Below the pieces are notes generated by a model, which did not search any database, was not told where the DNA came from, and saw nothing but the letters and a program-made list of their open reading frames with translations. A stretch of DNA of 63,712 nt, the filler included, from Stramenopiles sp. TOSAG23-2 (lineage: Eukaryota): assembly GCA_900128395.1 (NCBI GenBank). It is 14 parts of 14 records of this genome, joined end to end, with 100 filler letters (N's around TTAATTAATTAA, not from the genome) between each part and the next. Parts side by side here need not be neighbours in the genome. Positions count along the whole stretch, not along the records: positions 19,312 to 24,029 come from LT650828.1; positions 24,130 to 28,837 come from LT650829.1; positions 28,938 to 33,638 come from LT650831.1; positions 33,739 to 38,437 come from LT650832.1; 10 more parts are not named here. One strand, given 5' to 3'. Shown here in pieces: positions 23,881 through 36,916 of this stretch. The number at the start of each line of letters is the position of its first letter. The first letter of the stretch is position 1. The translations under genes and the position numbers were made by a program.

Positions 23881-24029
23881 CACAAACGCCCCTGAAATAA
23901 CTAACAGTAGGTTGTATAGAAAATGGAAAGATGAGATTGGCACACGAACGAGAGTGGATTTGGATGGAAAGAATCTCACGGATGAGGATGCATTAGCTAT
24001 TGGTGAAGGATTAAAAACAAACAATACAT
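23876..24029 (+). CDS. Fragment of an RI-like leucine-rich-repeat protein
   Basis: VDLDGKNLTDEDALAIGEGLKTNNT matches the LRR_RI/NLRC3-type repeat. Runs into the linker. Confidence 0.6.
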
Positions 24030-24626
24030 NNNNNNNNNNNNNNNNNNNNNNNNNNNNNNNNNNNNNNNNNNNNTTAATTAATTAANNNNNNNNNNNNNNN
24101 NNNNNNNNNNNNNNNNNNNNNNNNNNNNNCTAATCGTAATGATGATGATGATGATGATGAATTAGAAATTGATTTGAAATAAATCATTGTACACATAGAG
24201 TTGTACTTTGTAGAAGATTATGTTTTGATCCCAGTGTCTCGATGAATATGAGAGGATTGAAGAGGACTAATCATCGTTTGAATAAATTATTAATTCTGGA
24301 ATTAGGACGAGGGAATGTTTTTCCTATAAAAATTTCATATGCCATATCATACCTTTTGTATTTTTATATATCATATATATATGTATATTTAAAATATAAA
24401 AATTACACTTTTAATCTTTTTAATTCTCAAAAAATATAATCGATGTGTACAGTGTACAGCCAATATGTGTTAATTCTTTTTGTATGTTATTTTTTTATTA
24501 CTCAGAGACTCTAAAGGTATGTGACAGGTGTGGTGGATCGTCCACATTTTTGCATTTTTTAATGTTTATTGCGCGTACATATTATTTATATATATTTTTA
24601 TATTATAAATATATTTTTCTATCACA

Positions 24627-24887
24627 CTACAAATGAATGTTTCCTCCACCTTCCTGTTCCATCATTGCATCGATTTGATCCCCATCTTCAATTTCTTTCA
24701 TTTTTGGCGTATCGCTTTCTTCAATCCGTTCGCCGTCGATAAAGAACCGTATGTACATCCTGGCCAAACCTCTTTTTGTGCAGTATGCATCCATAATCTT
24801 TTTAAACGGTGTTGTTTTTTTCACTTTGAAATGTACCTCTTCCCCATCTTGGCCTTTCACTACTATATTCATAATATTCGCACTCAT
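24627..24887 (-). CDS. SUMO: Small ubiquitin-like modifier (SUMO)
   Basis: QDGEEVHFKVKKTTPFKKIMDAYC..RFFIDGERI..DTP..EIEDGDQIDAMMEQEGG followed by a short propeptide GNIHL. Confidence 0.95.
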   Translation of the reverse strand: MSANIMNIVVKGQDGEEVHFKVKKTTPFKKIMDAYCTKRGLARMYIRFFIDGERIEESDTPKMKEIEDGDQIDAMMEQEGGGNIHL

Positions 24888-25563
24888 GTTTGATATTATA
24901 TATATATATATATATATATACGTCTTTTAATATCTCGTATTGAAATTCACCACACAATTATATTATTATTAAAATTCTAAGAAATAGAAAACACAATATA
25001 CTTTTTTTGATAGACTCTTGGCTCATTAATATCTATAACTCTCTGTGTATATCTACCTTTCTAACATATATGTACCTATTGTTGTGCGTATCTATATATA
25101 TATACTGTATTTCTAATGTATTTATAATTACAGGTATATATCATTGTGTATAAATAATTGATAGAACTACCTATGTGTTGCGGTGTTGTTGAAAATAGGT
25201 CATGAAATATACATCATAACAATGGAAATTTGTAACAAGAAAAAAAACAGAGAAAACCATTGGATTCTAATATTAGTGTTCTTGTTGTAGATATTATTAT
25301 GTATATTTACGGATATTTAATAGATAAAATATATTAAATTGTATTTTTAGGTTTTTAGTCCACGATCCACGATAAAAATGACCTCATTTTTTTCTTGGTA
25401 GTTTTTTTGATGGATGTGTTTTTTATTATATATCTATTTTTTTAATTTTTTATTTTTTTTGTGAAATATATATACGACTTGCACTTGTATAATATTATAT
25501 CGATATATATGAAATTATAATTCACATATGGATGTATTATATGAAGAATGAAAATATGACGAT

Positions 25564-28317
25564 TTAATCCATACGATCTCGTTTGTAGCTGCAACAATTG
25601 CATTGATAACTTCCAGCTGGGTCCTCTCGCATTATACCGGGACATTGTGGGCATCTAGCGTAATTCAATGACATTGTTTGTTCTTTTGCGTTTCGCTCCA
25701 TAGTTTTAGGTGTGTTCAAATTTGCACCCATTAGTACGGGAGGTGAATTACTTCTGCTTCTTTTTCTACAAATATTGCCAATATTATTATCCGCATTAGG
25801 GCTTAAGCGTCTCTTTTTTGATCGTCTACATAACAATTGGTATTCTTTTTCCAGTTGTGCTTTTCCCACAATATCTTTGTCTACGGTGTTTTTAAACTCA
25901 GCCTGAAGTCTTTTTATTTTCTCCTCAGTTTCGCGTTTTCTTGTTTGCTGCATCTCGTCGATTTGAGCTTGTTTATCTAGATTGTTTTTAATTTCATTTT
26001 GCAAACTTCGTTCCTCTTCCGCTTCTTTGCGTTCTGTTTCTGCCTGATCAATACACTTCTGTATATTATTGTTCATATCACTATACTTTCTTTGTTTTAT
26101 TCGTTTTTCCATCTCATCATATTGCTTTTTTGTTTCAGTTATATCCAAAGCTGCATTAGCATTCTGCTCAGAAAGTTCGTTGATACTTTTATCTTTCAAC
26201 TCAATTAATCGTTTGCAATTTTTCATTTTTTCTTTGTAGTTCTCCAGCCTCTTCACATCCTGCGACTTCAAATTTTCTTCCTCGTTTATTTTTAAATTGG
26301 TAGCTTGTATATTGTTTTGTTTTTCATTCAGAGCATCTTTAAATAGTTGTTGCTCCTCTTTTAACTGCCGTATTTCTTCTGTTTCTACCGGTGCAACAGA
26401 TTTAATCAAATTCATAATATTGTTTCTAAATTCCTCCACCGAGCCAAAGTTTTGGCCATGATAAAATTGATACAATGCTGCCTTTATCAGCTTCCAACGC
26501 TCGTTTTGACGTGGATGCAGTGTTTCCGTGAGCATTTGGAGTGTTGACAATTCCATATCTCTAACTATTTCGAAAATGCAATTCAAAATATTAATTACCA
26601 TATTTTCAGGCATTGATTTGCATATTCCAGTGGCAATTAAATGCTGAAAAATGTAAATAAAGACCCGAAGTCGTTTCCTTTCATTTTCATCAAGAATATT
26701 ATTAAATGTATTATTAGCCACAAAATGGGCGATTAACGCTCTTGACGATTTGTGTAAATAATCAGCAGCAATTCTTAATACAACCGTAAAACCATATTTA
26801 TTTATGTTAGCACGGCCTTGTTTTTTGCATCCTTGAAATACTACTTGATAGAGCGTTTTGCCATTTTTGCTAGTTGGGAGACATAGCTTAATGCCAAGTG
26901 CTTTTAATTTCTTTCGACTTGTTTCTAATGTACTAGTATATTTCGAATTAGTACTATTACTATCACTTGCCATGCTCTCTATGCCATTGACCACACCATT
27001 TTCATCCTCCGAAGAAGATTCTGTTGCGAAAGGCAACAACAGCTGATTCAAACCCAATAACTTCAAGTCAGTCAATATGTCAAAATGCATGCCATCGTAA
27101 AGTCCTTGCTCAACATCATATAGACGATGATTGAAAATGTAACATGTTTCAGCACTATTAGCCGATCCCCATTCTGTCCATCTTGGCTCCCCAGTGTTTA
27201 CATGTTCGGCGTATATAACGATGCAAATATCAAACAGTGTACCTAATATGGTAAACTCGTCGCCATGCGCCCACCCTCTTGCATCTTCAGGACTGTAAGA
27301 AGCGCGGTTTTGTACCCGACAAATCATTTCTGCCGATAATTTTTTTTCCTCGGTCAAATATGTATATAAATCTGTACCTTTCACAAGTTGTTCATGAAAT
27401 AATTTGCGTAAATTTGCACCACTTAAAATACACTGTTGATCACCAATAAACATTCTTAACAAATTCAATGCATTTAAAGCGGTTGTGCTTAGTACCATGT
27501 CTCCACTAAGGAAATGCGCTATGCAACTATAACCACAGTTGCCATCGCCAGGCATTTGTACCAAAATTCCGGTATTGTAATTATAAATTTCCGGATTAGG
27601 ATCCAACGTAACGTTTTCTTCAAAACTTGAAGTGGAATCACGAACACCGCCACCACGTAATGATTCATGAACATGTTTTTTTTGGGTGTCCATACTTTCA
27701 ATACTATCAATGCAAAGAACTATGCATAATAATGCAAGTATTGTCCATTTATATATACATATATATAAAGCTATGTAAAAACTGCGTAAACTTGCAACAA
27801 GAGAATTGCAAAATGTTTGCGGCGTGATCCTCGTTGTATCTTCTTCCTGTGCTCCTGTATTTAACCCCTTCTTTTTATATCGTTTTTTCAAATAATACTT
27901 TGACACGTCTATAGGTTCCTTTCCTTTGATTAGCACTGGCACTGAATTTACGTTTTCCCTGCAAAATATATTCAAAGTACTTGAGTATGAAGTTGCGTGG
28001 CATACAGATTTATCAATCGGTATATTAAAGCTCCAACAACCGGGCACTACTGCCCCATCTTGCAATTGTATATCACTGCATGTATCTTGCCCACCCAACA
28101 ACGTTGTCGTCGGTTTATTGTCTTCAAGTTGTTCTTCTTCAGAACCAACATCTAAATGATGGGCTTGGCGGATTGCATCGTATATTGGTTCATCCTTTTG
28201 ACCATGTGTGGATTCTTCAAGTCCACTGCTGCATTTAATTGCAGATAATAACAGTAAACATGTTAATGCGGTTATTAACAAACTGTTTTTATTATATTTT
28301 GTATGTTTATTAAACAT
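25564..28317 (-). CDS. Membrane-anchored OTU-family cysteine protease with coiled coil and C-terminal Zn ribbon
   Basis: OTU catalytic motifs MPGDGNC, WAHGDE..L..LFDICIVIY and GMHFDIL. N-terminal signal-like and internal TM-like hydrophobic segments, long coiled coil, CPQC..CNCC. Confidence 0.85.
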   Translation of the reverse strand: MFNKHTKYNKNSLLITALTCLLLLSAIKCSSGLEESTHGQKDEPIYDAIRQAHHLDVGSEEEQLEDNKPTTTLLGGQDTCSDIQLQDGAVVPGCWSFNIPIDKSVCHATSYSSTLNIFCRENVNSVPVLIKGKEPIDVSKYYLKKRYKKKGLNTGAQEEDTTRITPQTFCNSLVASLRSFYIALYICIYKWTILALLCIVLCIDSIESMDTQKKHVHESLRGGGVRDSTSSFEENVTLDPNPEIYNYNTGILVQMPGDGNCGYSCIAHFLSGDMVLSTTALNALNLLRMFIGDQQCILSGANLRKLFHEQLVKGTDLYTYLTEEKKLSAEMICRVQNRASYSPEDARGWAHGDEFTILGTLFDICIVIYAEHVNTGEPRWTEWGSANSAETCYIFNHRLYDVEQGLYDGMHFDILTDLKLLGLNQLLLPFATESSSEDENGVVNGIESMASDSNSTNSKYTSTLETSRKKLKALGIKLCLPTSKNGKTLYQVVFQGCKKQGRANINKYGFTVVLRIAADYLHKSSRALIAHFVANNTFNNILDENERKRLRVFIYIFQHLIATGICKSMPENMVINILNCIFEIVRDMELSTLQMLTETLHPRQNERWKLIKAALYQFYHGQNFGSVEEFRNNIMNLIKSVAPVETEEIRQLKEEQQLFKDALNEKQNNIQATNLKINEEENLKSQDVKRLENYKEKMKNCKRLIELKDKSINELSEQNANAALDITETKKQYDEMEKRIKQRKYSDMNNNIQKCIDQAETERKEAEEERSLQNEIKNNLDKQAQIDEMQQTRKRETEEKIKRLQAEFKNTVDKDIVGKAQLEKEYQLLCRRSKKRRLSPNADNNIGNICRKRSRSNSPPVLMGANLNTPKTMERNAKEQTMSLNYARCPQCPGIMREDPAGSYQCNCCSYKRDRMD

Positions 28318-28937
28318 TCTTACTTTTAACTTTTATTGATTAATTTATTTATTTCTATTATTTATTCTATGTGTATGATAGTATTTTTGTTGTAACTTCT
28401 TCTTCTACTTTTCTTATTTATTTGTATATATGTTTGTTTATGTGTATATTATAATAATACCAATTATAGTATTGGCTTTTATGTATTATTGCAATGTTGT
28501 TTGTACATAATATTTTTACATAAATAAAAAAGTTGATGTCATGTGGATTTAATGGGATATGCAAATTATTGATTAAAAAAAACTTCTCATCCCAATACCG
28601 TTAGCATTGCATAGTATTGTTTGAAATTGCTAATCCCATTTAATCATTAAATGGGATGAACAAATATAAAATATTGATGAAAATTGTTGGAAATTTTACT
28701 TCTGATTGGTGGTTTTTCATTGTTTTCTTCTTTTCTGGAAGATGACGAGATATTATAAATTATAATATTAACCCTCTCACCGGGGCAGATATTTTAGCGA
28801 GAGCACAAATTCAGACATGGAAAATTCCATTTAAAACNNNNNNNNNNNNNNNNNNNNNNNNNNNNNNNNNNNNNNNNNNNNTTAATTAATTAANNNNNNN
28901 NNNNNNNNNNNNNNNNNNNNNNNNNNNNNNNNNNNNN

Positions 28938-28992
28938 TACGATTAATTACTGTATTATAATATCTCTTCTTCTTCTTTTCCTTTTTGGCCTT
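28938..28992. repeat. 55-nt inverted copy of the other end of the same contig (33584-33638)
   Basis: Exact reverse complement over exactly 55 nt. Confidence 0.95.
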
Positions 28993-29442
28993 TTTTTTTT
29001 TTAAGTACAATTCTAAGTATACTAAGGCTGGCTTTTTTGCACCGGTTGTTTTGTGGGACTTTAGCTTGAGGACGACTTGCACTTGACTTGACAACAGCCT
29101 TTTTTTTATCAAATAAATTAAAATCATTTTACAGGTATTATAATACCAGATTACAATACCAGGAATACAATACAGTATTAATAACAGTCTGTACAGTGTA
29201 TTAATATATATTTCAAAAACAATAGGACTATTATATAATCGGGAGAATCCCTGCTATATGCTATAATATTAACATGTATTGGTGTTAATATCAATACTAT
29301 CAATACTAATACTGTGTTAATGGTATATTTATGTAAATATCAAACAACAAAACAACAACCTACTATATAATAATAATAATAATACTGTGTAGTTTCTTGA
29401 ATAATTATAATAGATAGATAGATTAATACATACACCGATACG

Positions 29443-30207
29443 ATGGATAAGAAAGCATTTATTTCGATATATACTGTATATATATACACACAAACGTTAC
29501 AGACATACTCAACGATGAATCGATATAGAAATTATGGAGAAAATAAAACATGTTTATTTTTTGTTTTGTACTATGCGTGTTGTTGCCGCGTATCCCGCAT
29601 ACCCCGCATACCACCATTTGCGGAAACAATAATGTATTCTTTATTTGGAGCTAACTTAACGATATTGATATGGAACCCAGATACTGTACCATTTTCAATA
29701 GTTGCCATAGGATTACGTATTCCATTTATGATTTCTAGAGCGATAAAAACGGCTGATAATGAGGCCATGAGTAAAGCGATGAGATATTCATTGATACATA
29801 GCATAGCTCTATTTATGCTGGGAGTTTTAATGAATTTCTACAATTGGCTCAATCCGTGCTTACAATATGCTGGAGCTGATGACCCTTGTAAAAATACGAA
29901 CATTTTTGAAGACTATAAAAAATCAAATATTACAGCTAATTGTGATACTTTTTCAAACGACATTGAGGTTGATATTCAAGAGGCATGTCGTAGAGCGTGG
30001 TTTCTTCGCACAGCATCTATATGGTTAATTGCATCTATTTTGTTTGTTTTGTCCAGTATTGGTTTATGGACTAATTTTGTGTTAGACAAAAGAGAAAAAG
30101 AACAAGAAGATGATGGGACTGATAATATACAAGAACAACTTGATCTTGAAGAATTTTCATGGGGAAATAATCAAGTATTTCCACGAAGCTTGCTTGTACG
30201 AAGATAA
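29443..30207 (+). CDS. Hypothetical multi-pass membrane protein
   Basis: Three to four hydrophobic segments and a Cys-containing loop. The start is probably the second ATG (MNRYRN, 29515). Confidence 0.7.
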   Translation: MDKKAFISIYTVYIYTQTLQTYSTMNRYRNYGENKTCLFFVLYYACCCRVSRIPRIPPFAETIMYSLFGANLTILIWNPDTVPFSIVAIGLRIPFMISRAIKTADNEAMSKAMRYSLIHSIALFMLGVLMNFYNWLNPCLQYAGADDPCKNTNIFEDYKKSNITANCDTFSNDIEVDIQEACRRAWFLRTASIWLIASILFVLSSIGLWTNFVLDKREKEQEDDGTDNIQEQLDLEEFSWGNNQVFPRSLLVRR

Positions 30208-30384
30208 TAAACCCCGGAGATTAACAATATTTAATACACATGTGTATAATATCATTAAGATACTCGTATATATTACTAACCCGTCGTATATATTTTTATA
30301 TATTTTAATGATACGCGTATGCGTGTATATCATTTGTAAAAGTAACATTTTGTATGCCTCCATTAATATTCGCAATGATCATAA

Positions 30385-32880
30385 TCATACGCTATTCTTT
30401 TTCTCTTCTTCTTCTAATTCTTTCTTTTCAACTGCTGGAAATAAACATTGTAAAGCTGGCAAAGATAATGGTAACCATGACATATCATTCAAATTTATCG
30501 ACATCATATCAAATGCCAACACATGGGGCGGAACTACAGCTCCACCATCATCTTCATTTCCTTCGTTTGATTTTGTTGAAGATATTTTTGGATACCGTTG
30601 ACTGAAATGTGTCAAAATTGTGTGTTTTGCTTTCATTTTCCTTGCGACTTCTAATGCCTCGCCTGTGGTCGAATGAAAGCGATTCTTTGCTTCTTGTACA
30701 AGATTATCATCAAAGGTAGCTTCATGTATTAATAAATCTGCGTTTTGGCCATATTGAATCAATTCATCGCTAGGTCTTGCATCGCCTGAATATACAAGAC
30801 GCCATGAATCACCATTAATATTTTGATCTAGTATTAACCCATATGAAGCATTGCAATGCTTTACTCGAACACTCTCCAACATTTGAATGCCAAGGATTTT
30901 ATCTAATTTTGTATTCAATTCTTGGGCCAATTCATTTTTTCTATCATTTTTTTCATCACACCAACGGGGAAAACCCCATCCAAAATGTGTAGCGCTATTT
31001 TCTATGTTAACAAAATAAAATTTATCGAGAAATTTTTGCCCACCATCATATTCAAATCTGGAACATGATGTTAACCATAACTTCAAAGTGAATGGTCCTA
31101 TAATTACCATTTTACTATCGTCCGTACGTGCTTTTATTATGGTTCGAAGTCCAAGATGATGATCCGCATGCATATGGGAAATAAATACCATTTTGATATT
31201 ATTAATTTTGTCGAACAATTTGTTGTACCCAAAACGTCTAGATAGTTGTCCATATGTACCTTCCCCACAATCTAATAAAAAATCGCCATTAGATGTGCCT
31301 ATATGTATACCAGATACATTTCTATATTTAGATGGCTGTGCTGATCCGGTGCCTAAAAACGTTATTGTTGGTTTTTCCTTATTGTTGTTGCTCTTATTCT
31401 TTTTTTCCGCATTTTTCATACAATTTACGTAATGTGCAAATTTTGAATTTGATATATCATTCATAATTATCTCCACTTCTTCATGAATTTTTGTTTCATT
31501 AATACAGGACGAATAATCAAATGAAAATTTTTCAGCTGGTATTAGTTGTATTTTGGATAAGCAGTTTAAGATAATTTTTTCTGAATTATCTGTCATCGTT
31601 TCTGTTGATAACGAAATAGGTGGGATGGCAAAAATACGCGAGTGTATCTTATTCAATAATATACATTGTCGTAAGGTTGCTTGCATCGGCTCAGCAGTAT
31701 TTTGATTTACATCTTTATTTGCTAGAATATGATGGACATTTTCACCAAACAACATTTTCCACGATTTATATTTTGTTGAATTGAAAATAATGGATGGACA
31801 AAAATGAAATATACATGAGATTCTTTTTTTTTCACTATCGTTATTGTTGTTTTTGTTGTTGTTATTGCTGTTGCTGTTACTACTACTGCTGCCATTACTA
31901 CTGCTGTTATTAATTTTTGGCATATATTGCTCAAAAACAGTAGAGTCCAATAAACATTTTAAATATTCTTCAGTGGGGCAATTAATAATAGCAAAAATTG
32001 CTCCTAGTTCATCTGGTGCTTTACAATCTTTTGAATATACTATCGTTCCATCTTCTAATACCACATCTTCTCCTAAACTTAATTTCCCAAATAATGGACC
32101 TTTTGGCACACCTTTTTCTATTGCAATTTTTGGATAGAATTTACCACGTACAGATCTAGTCTCACAAATATAAGAGATAATTTCATCGTTGTAGAAACTC
32201 GATCGCCGTTCTTCACCTAATGACGTTAATGTCAATGATTTAAATTGACCTTCTGAATCCACGATATTTTTTTCAGGAAACGATGGTAGATGTAAAACCC
32301 CTTTATTTAATTTACGTCTTTTATTACTCATATTGTTACTAATTATATCATAACTATTATCATCATTATTATTATTATCATTGATGATATTGCTGTTGCT
32401 TTCATCTTTATCAATATTGTTATTGTCCTTTGTGTCATTTTTGTTATCATCTTTTTTATCATTATTTCCATCGTACTTCTGTAAGCAAATTGTTATCACC
32501 TTTATTATTTTATCATTATAAATACAGACATTCGTTGATTTGGTTGGACAACATTCAGAAATATTTAAATCCATATTACTTCTACGAAAAAAATATTTTG
32601 TCGAGGCCATGAAATATGCAGTTCCGGATGGTCCACAAATATTTATTTTTGACTTTCCAGCATCTGCTAACGTCATTAACATGCCAGGTAAACCACCAGT
32701 ATATGTGGAATTTAATCCAGATAGAAATATCCCATTCATTTTTCCTAATTTCACATGATGTTCCATACAAAATCGTTGTGTTCCTTCCGGAATATTAAAT
32801 AAATATCGAATACCATCGACAAACAATAATATGGACGGTGTCTGATCCCCTGCCAATAATTGCACATATACAGATGGCAT
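30385..32880 (-). CDS. ELAC2: Long-form tRNase Z (ELAC2/Trz1)
   Basis: YLFNIPEGTQRF, GGLPGM, exosite GVPKGPLFGKL, FLGTGSAQPSKYRNVS, LLDCGEGT, SHMHADHH, YSGDARP, IHEAT, HST and LTHFSQRY. Confidence 0.96.
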   Translation of the reverse strand: MPSVYVQLLAGDQTPSILLFVDGIRYLFNIPEGTQRFCMEHHVKLGKMNGIFLSGLNSTYTGGLPGMLMTLADAGKSKINICGPSGTAYFMASTKYFFRRSNMDLNISECCPTKSTNVCIYNDKIIKVITICLQKYDGNNDKKDDNKNDTKDNNNIDKDESNSNIINDNNNNDDNSYDIISNNMSNKRRKLNKGVLHLPSFPEKNIVDSEGQFKSLTLTSLGEERRSSFYNDEIISYICETRSVRGKFYPKIAIEKGVPKGPLFGKLSLGEDVVLEDGTIVYSKDCKAPDELGAIFAIINCPTEEYLKCLLDSTVFEQYMPKINNSSSNGSSSSNSNSNNNNKNNNNDSEKKRISCIFHFCPSIIFNSTKYKSWKMLFGENVHHILANKDVNQNTAEPMQATLRQCILLNKIHSRIFAIPPISLSTETMTDNSEKIILNCLSKIQLIPAEKFSFDYSSCINETKIHEEVEIIMNDISNSKFAHYVNCMKNAEKKNKSNNNKEKPTITFLGTGSAQPSKYRNVSGIHIGTSNGDFLLDCGEGTYGQLSRRFGYNKLFDKINNIKMVFISHMHADHHLGLRTIIKARTDDSKMVIIGPFTLKLWLTSCSRFEYDGGQKFLDKFYFVNIENSATHFGWGFPRWCDEKNDRKNELAQELNTKLDKILGIQMLESVRVKHCNASYGLILDQNINGDSWRLVYSGDARPSDELIQYGQNADLLIHEATFDDNLVQEAKNRFHSTTGEALEVARKMKAKHTILTHFSQRYPKISSTKSNEGNEDDGGAVVPPHVLAFDMMSINLNDMSWLPLSLPALQCLFPAVEKKELEEEEKKNSV

Positions 32881-33738
32881 GTTGTGGTATGCTTATAATA
32901 TATAAAAATCGCGTTCCTTATATAATAATATAGTGAGTGTTGCCAATATCTATATAAAGGTATATGATGGATATTAATTATTTATGTAAATAAATATTAT
33001 TATTTGTGGTTTCGAAAAGAAAGAAGATGATTGATGATGGTTGTTGTTGTTGAGTTTTAACATTTTAACATGCACATAGCACCATCTTCCAATTTTAAAC
33101 TAATCAAACGGAGTAGAGGACAATAATATATGAAGAAATTAGAATAAGAATGACATTTTTATCTTCGTATAGATGACTTCGAATAAGTGGATTACAAAAG
33201 ATCGTTTGTGCAATGTGGTATTTGCCTTCTGGCCTTCAGATTTTCTATATAATACTTCGTATATATTTTTAAATCAAAATTTGTGAGAGCAAAAATTGGA
33301 TCTACATTTTGTGGCACCTTTGGACATTGTTGAACTATCAGATAATATAAAATTATCGTTACAAATAATATCTATCTATCTATATATATATATAACAACA
33401 ACAATGGTGATAATATGTACGATTGTTTGTTTTCGTTATTGTTTTCTTTTCTTGATCGTTCTTTTATGTATATCTACGAGATGTGTACACATTTGTTTTA
33501 CATATCAAATCTATAGACGACCTGGTTTATGGGTTACTTGGTGCATTTTTGATGATTTCAACAACAATGGCAATGATTGAAAGAAGGCCAAAAAGGAAAA
33601 GAAGAAGAAGAGATATTATAATACAGTAATTAATCGTANNNNNNNNNNNNNNNNNNNNNNNNNNNNNNNNNNNNNNNNNNNNTTAATTAATTAANNNNNN
33701 NNNNNNNNNNNNNNNNNNNNNNNNNNNNNNNNNNNNNN

Positions 33739-33793
33739 TGTTCGAAAGACTTTTTAGAAAAGGAGCTATAAATCATCAGAATCATAATTTGAA
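33739..33793. repeat. 55-nt inverted copy of the other end of the same contig (38383-38437)
   Basis: Reverse complement over 55 nt with 2 mismatches near the tip. Confidence 0.93.
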
Positions 33794-33808
33794 TAGAGTT
33801 CACCATCA

Positions 33809-33839
<31 letters not shown>

Positions 33840-34116
33840 CCACATCATAGTTGTTATTATTATTCAAATTATTATCATCCCATATGTCTTCATTTTCACT
33901 TGCTAATGTATTTCGTAAATTTTGAAAATATTCTTCTTCTTTCCTTCTTTCATTTTCTACATTTGTTTGAAATATATTCCGTGACTGTTCAAATTGCTCT
34001 TCCTCAAATTGATCTGTTTCAAAATTAGTTTGCACCCAATCATTCTTCGTCTTATCATAATCTATTCGATGCCGTGGTGATTGTATTGGCGATGCTCTCT
34101 CATGACTAAAATACAT
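33766..34116 (-). CDS. Acidic/Asn-rich hypothetical protein (116 aa)
   Basis: ATG-started ORF with the poly-Asn and acidic composition typical of this genome's proteins. Confidence 0.5.
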
Positions 34117-34191
34117 GATCCTAAGTTTTTGTTTTCTGTGTTTTGTTCTCTATGGTATTTACTATTTTCTAAGTTGTTCTTAGTCAATTAG

Positions 34192-35739
<1,548 letters not shown>

Positions 35740-35937
35740 TTAAATATTACTTTGTGTACGTTCGTAAAAATAATATGCATATGATATCATACGAAGTAAA
35801 ATAAAAAAAATTATGTGCGTTTATAATATACTGCTGTACAATGCGCCTAGATTTCAATAAAACTGTTTCCCTCTCTCTCTCTCCTTATCACTACACTCCA
35901 TATTTCCTTCGTCTTTTCGTTCTTTGTGTTTATTTTA

Positions 35938-36510
35938 TTAATTACCAGCAGCAAAACTACTAACATTGTCATTTAATGTATCTTCTTGTCGTAAATATTC
36001 ACCAACATCTGCTTGATGTAATACAACATGGGAAGTTGGTGGTAATGTACGGCATATTTCTGTTGCGTGCGATGCAATTCCAAACCCTAGCGGTACATTA
36101 GACATATTAAATACAATTACTCCAGCATATTGAGGCACACCTTCCGTCATTCTTCCAAGTCCAGCTTTTGGTATATGATTGCCATATAAAAAAGTCATTT
36201 CTGCACTTGGTTTACACCATACTTTATATTGTGCATGTTGAGCTAAAAAATCTAATGCTGTTATATGTAAACGAAAATTTCTACTTTTTGTAAATTTTCC
36301 AAAACATGTTCCTAATAATAACAATTGGTCTTGCCCAATGTTGGTTGCTTGCTTCATATTTTTCTCACTAACATAATATACTTTATCTTTATGTAAACGA
36401 AAACAATGTGGATCATCTTGCCTCATTAATAGTTGTTTCACATTATTTCCAATATATGTTTTTAATTTCGTAAAAAATTGTTTCATTTCATCTTCTGTTA
36501 ATGGCCTCAT
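35938..36510 (-). CDS. NIP7: 60S ribosome biogenesis protein NIP7
   Basis: MRPLTEDE..YIG..FRLHKDKVYY..GTCFGKFTK..FRLHITALD..FLYGNH..HQADVGEYLRQE. Confidence 0.97.
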   Translation of the reverse strand: MRPLTEDEMKQFFTKLKTYIGNNVKQLLMRQDDPHCFRLHKDKVYYVSEKNMKQATNIGQDQLLLLGTCFGKFTKSRNFRLHITALDFLAQHAQYKVWCKPSAEMTFLYGNHIPKAGLGRMTEGVPQYAGVIVFNMSNVPLGFGIASHATEICRTLPPTSHVVLHQADVGEYLRQEDTLNDNVSSFAAGN

Positions 36511-36916
36511 GTTTAATATTGTATATGTGTAACTATATATATATCCAACGATATACTTTCTATTATTTTTGTTCTTCCAGTGTAATATTAATTATCTCTA
36601 ATAATAATCTATACTAAATATATATAATTATATATTAAAATGTATTTTCCAAGGATATAATAGAAAATGTTTCTCTTTTTGCATCTATCTATATCACATA
36701 TATATATATATTTTGTGGACGAAATTACAAAATCGGATGGACGTGATGATTTGAGGAAGAAAAAAAATGTGTCGGTGAATTGGATATAATAGGAAAAATA
36801 ACGTTTGAAGTATACCAAAAATTGTACCAAAAAATTGACGTAAAAATCTAGATTTTTATCCACCTTTACCTATATCGATTAAGGTAATAAAAACAGTTCA
36901 CAGTTCACACATCCCG

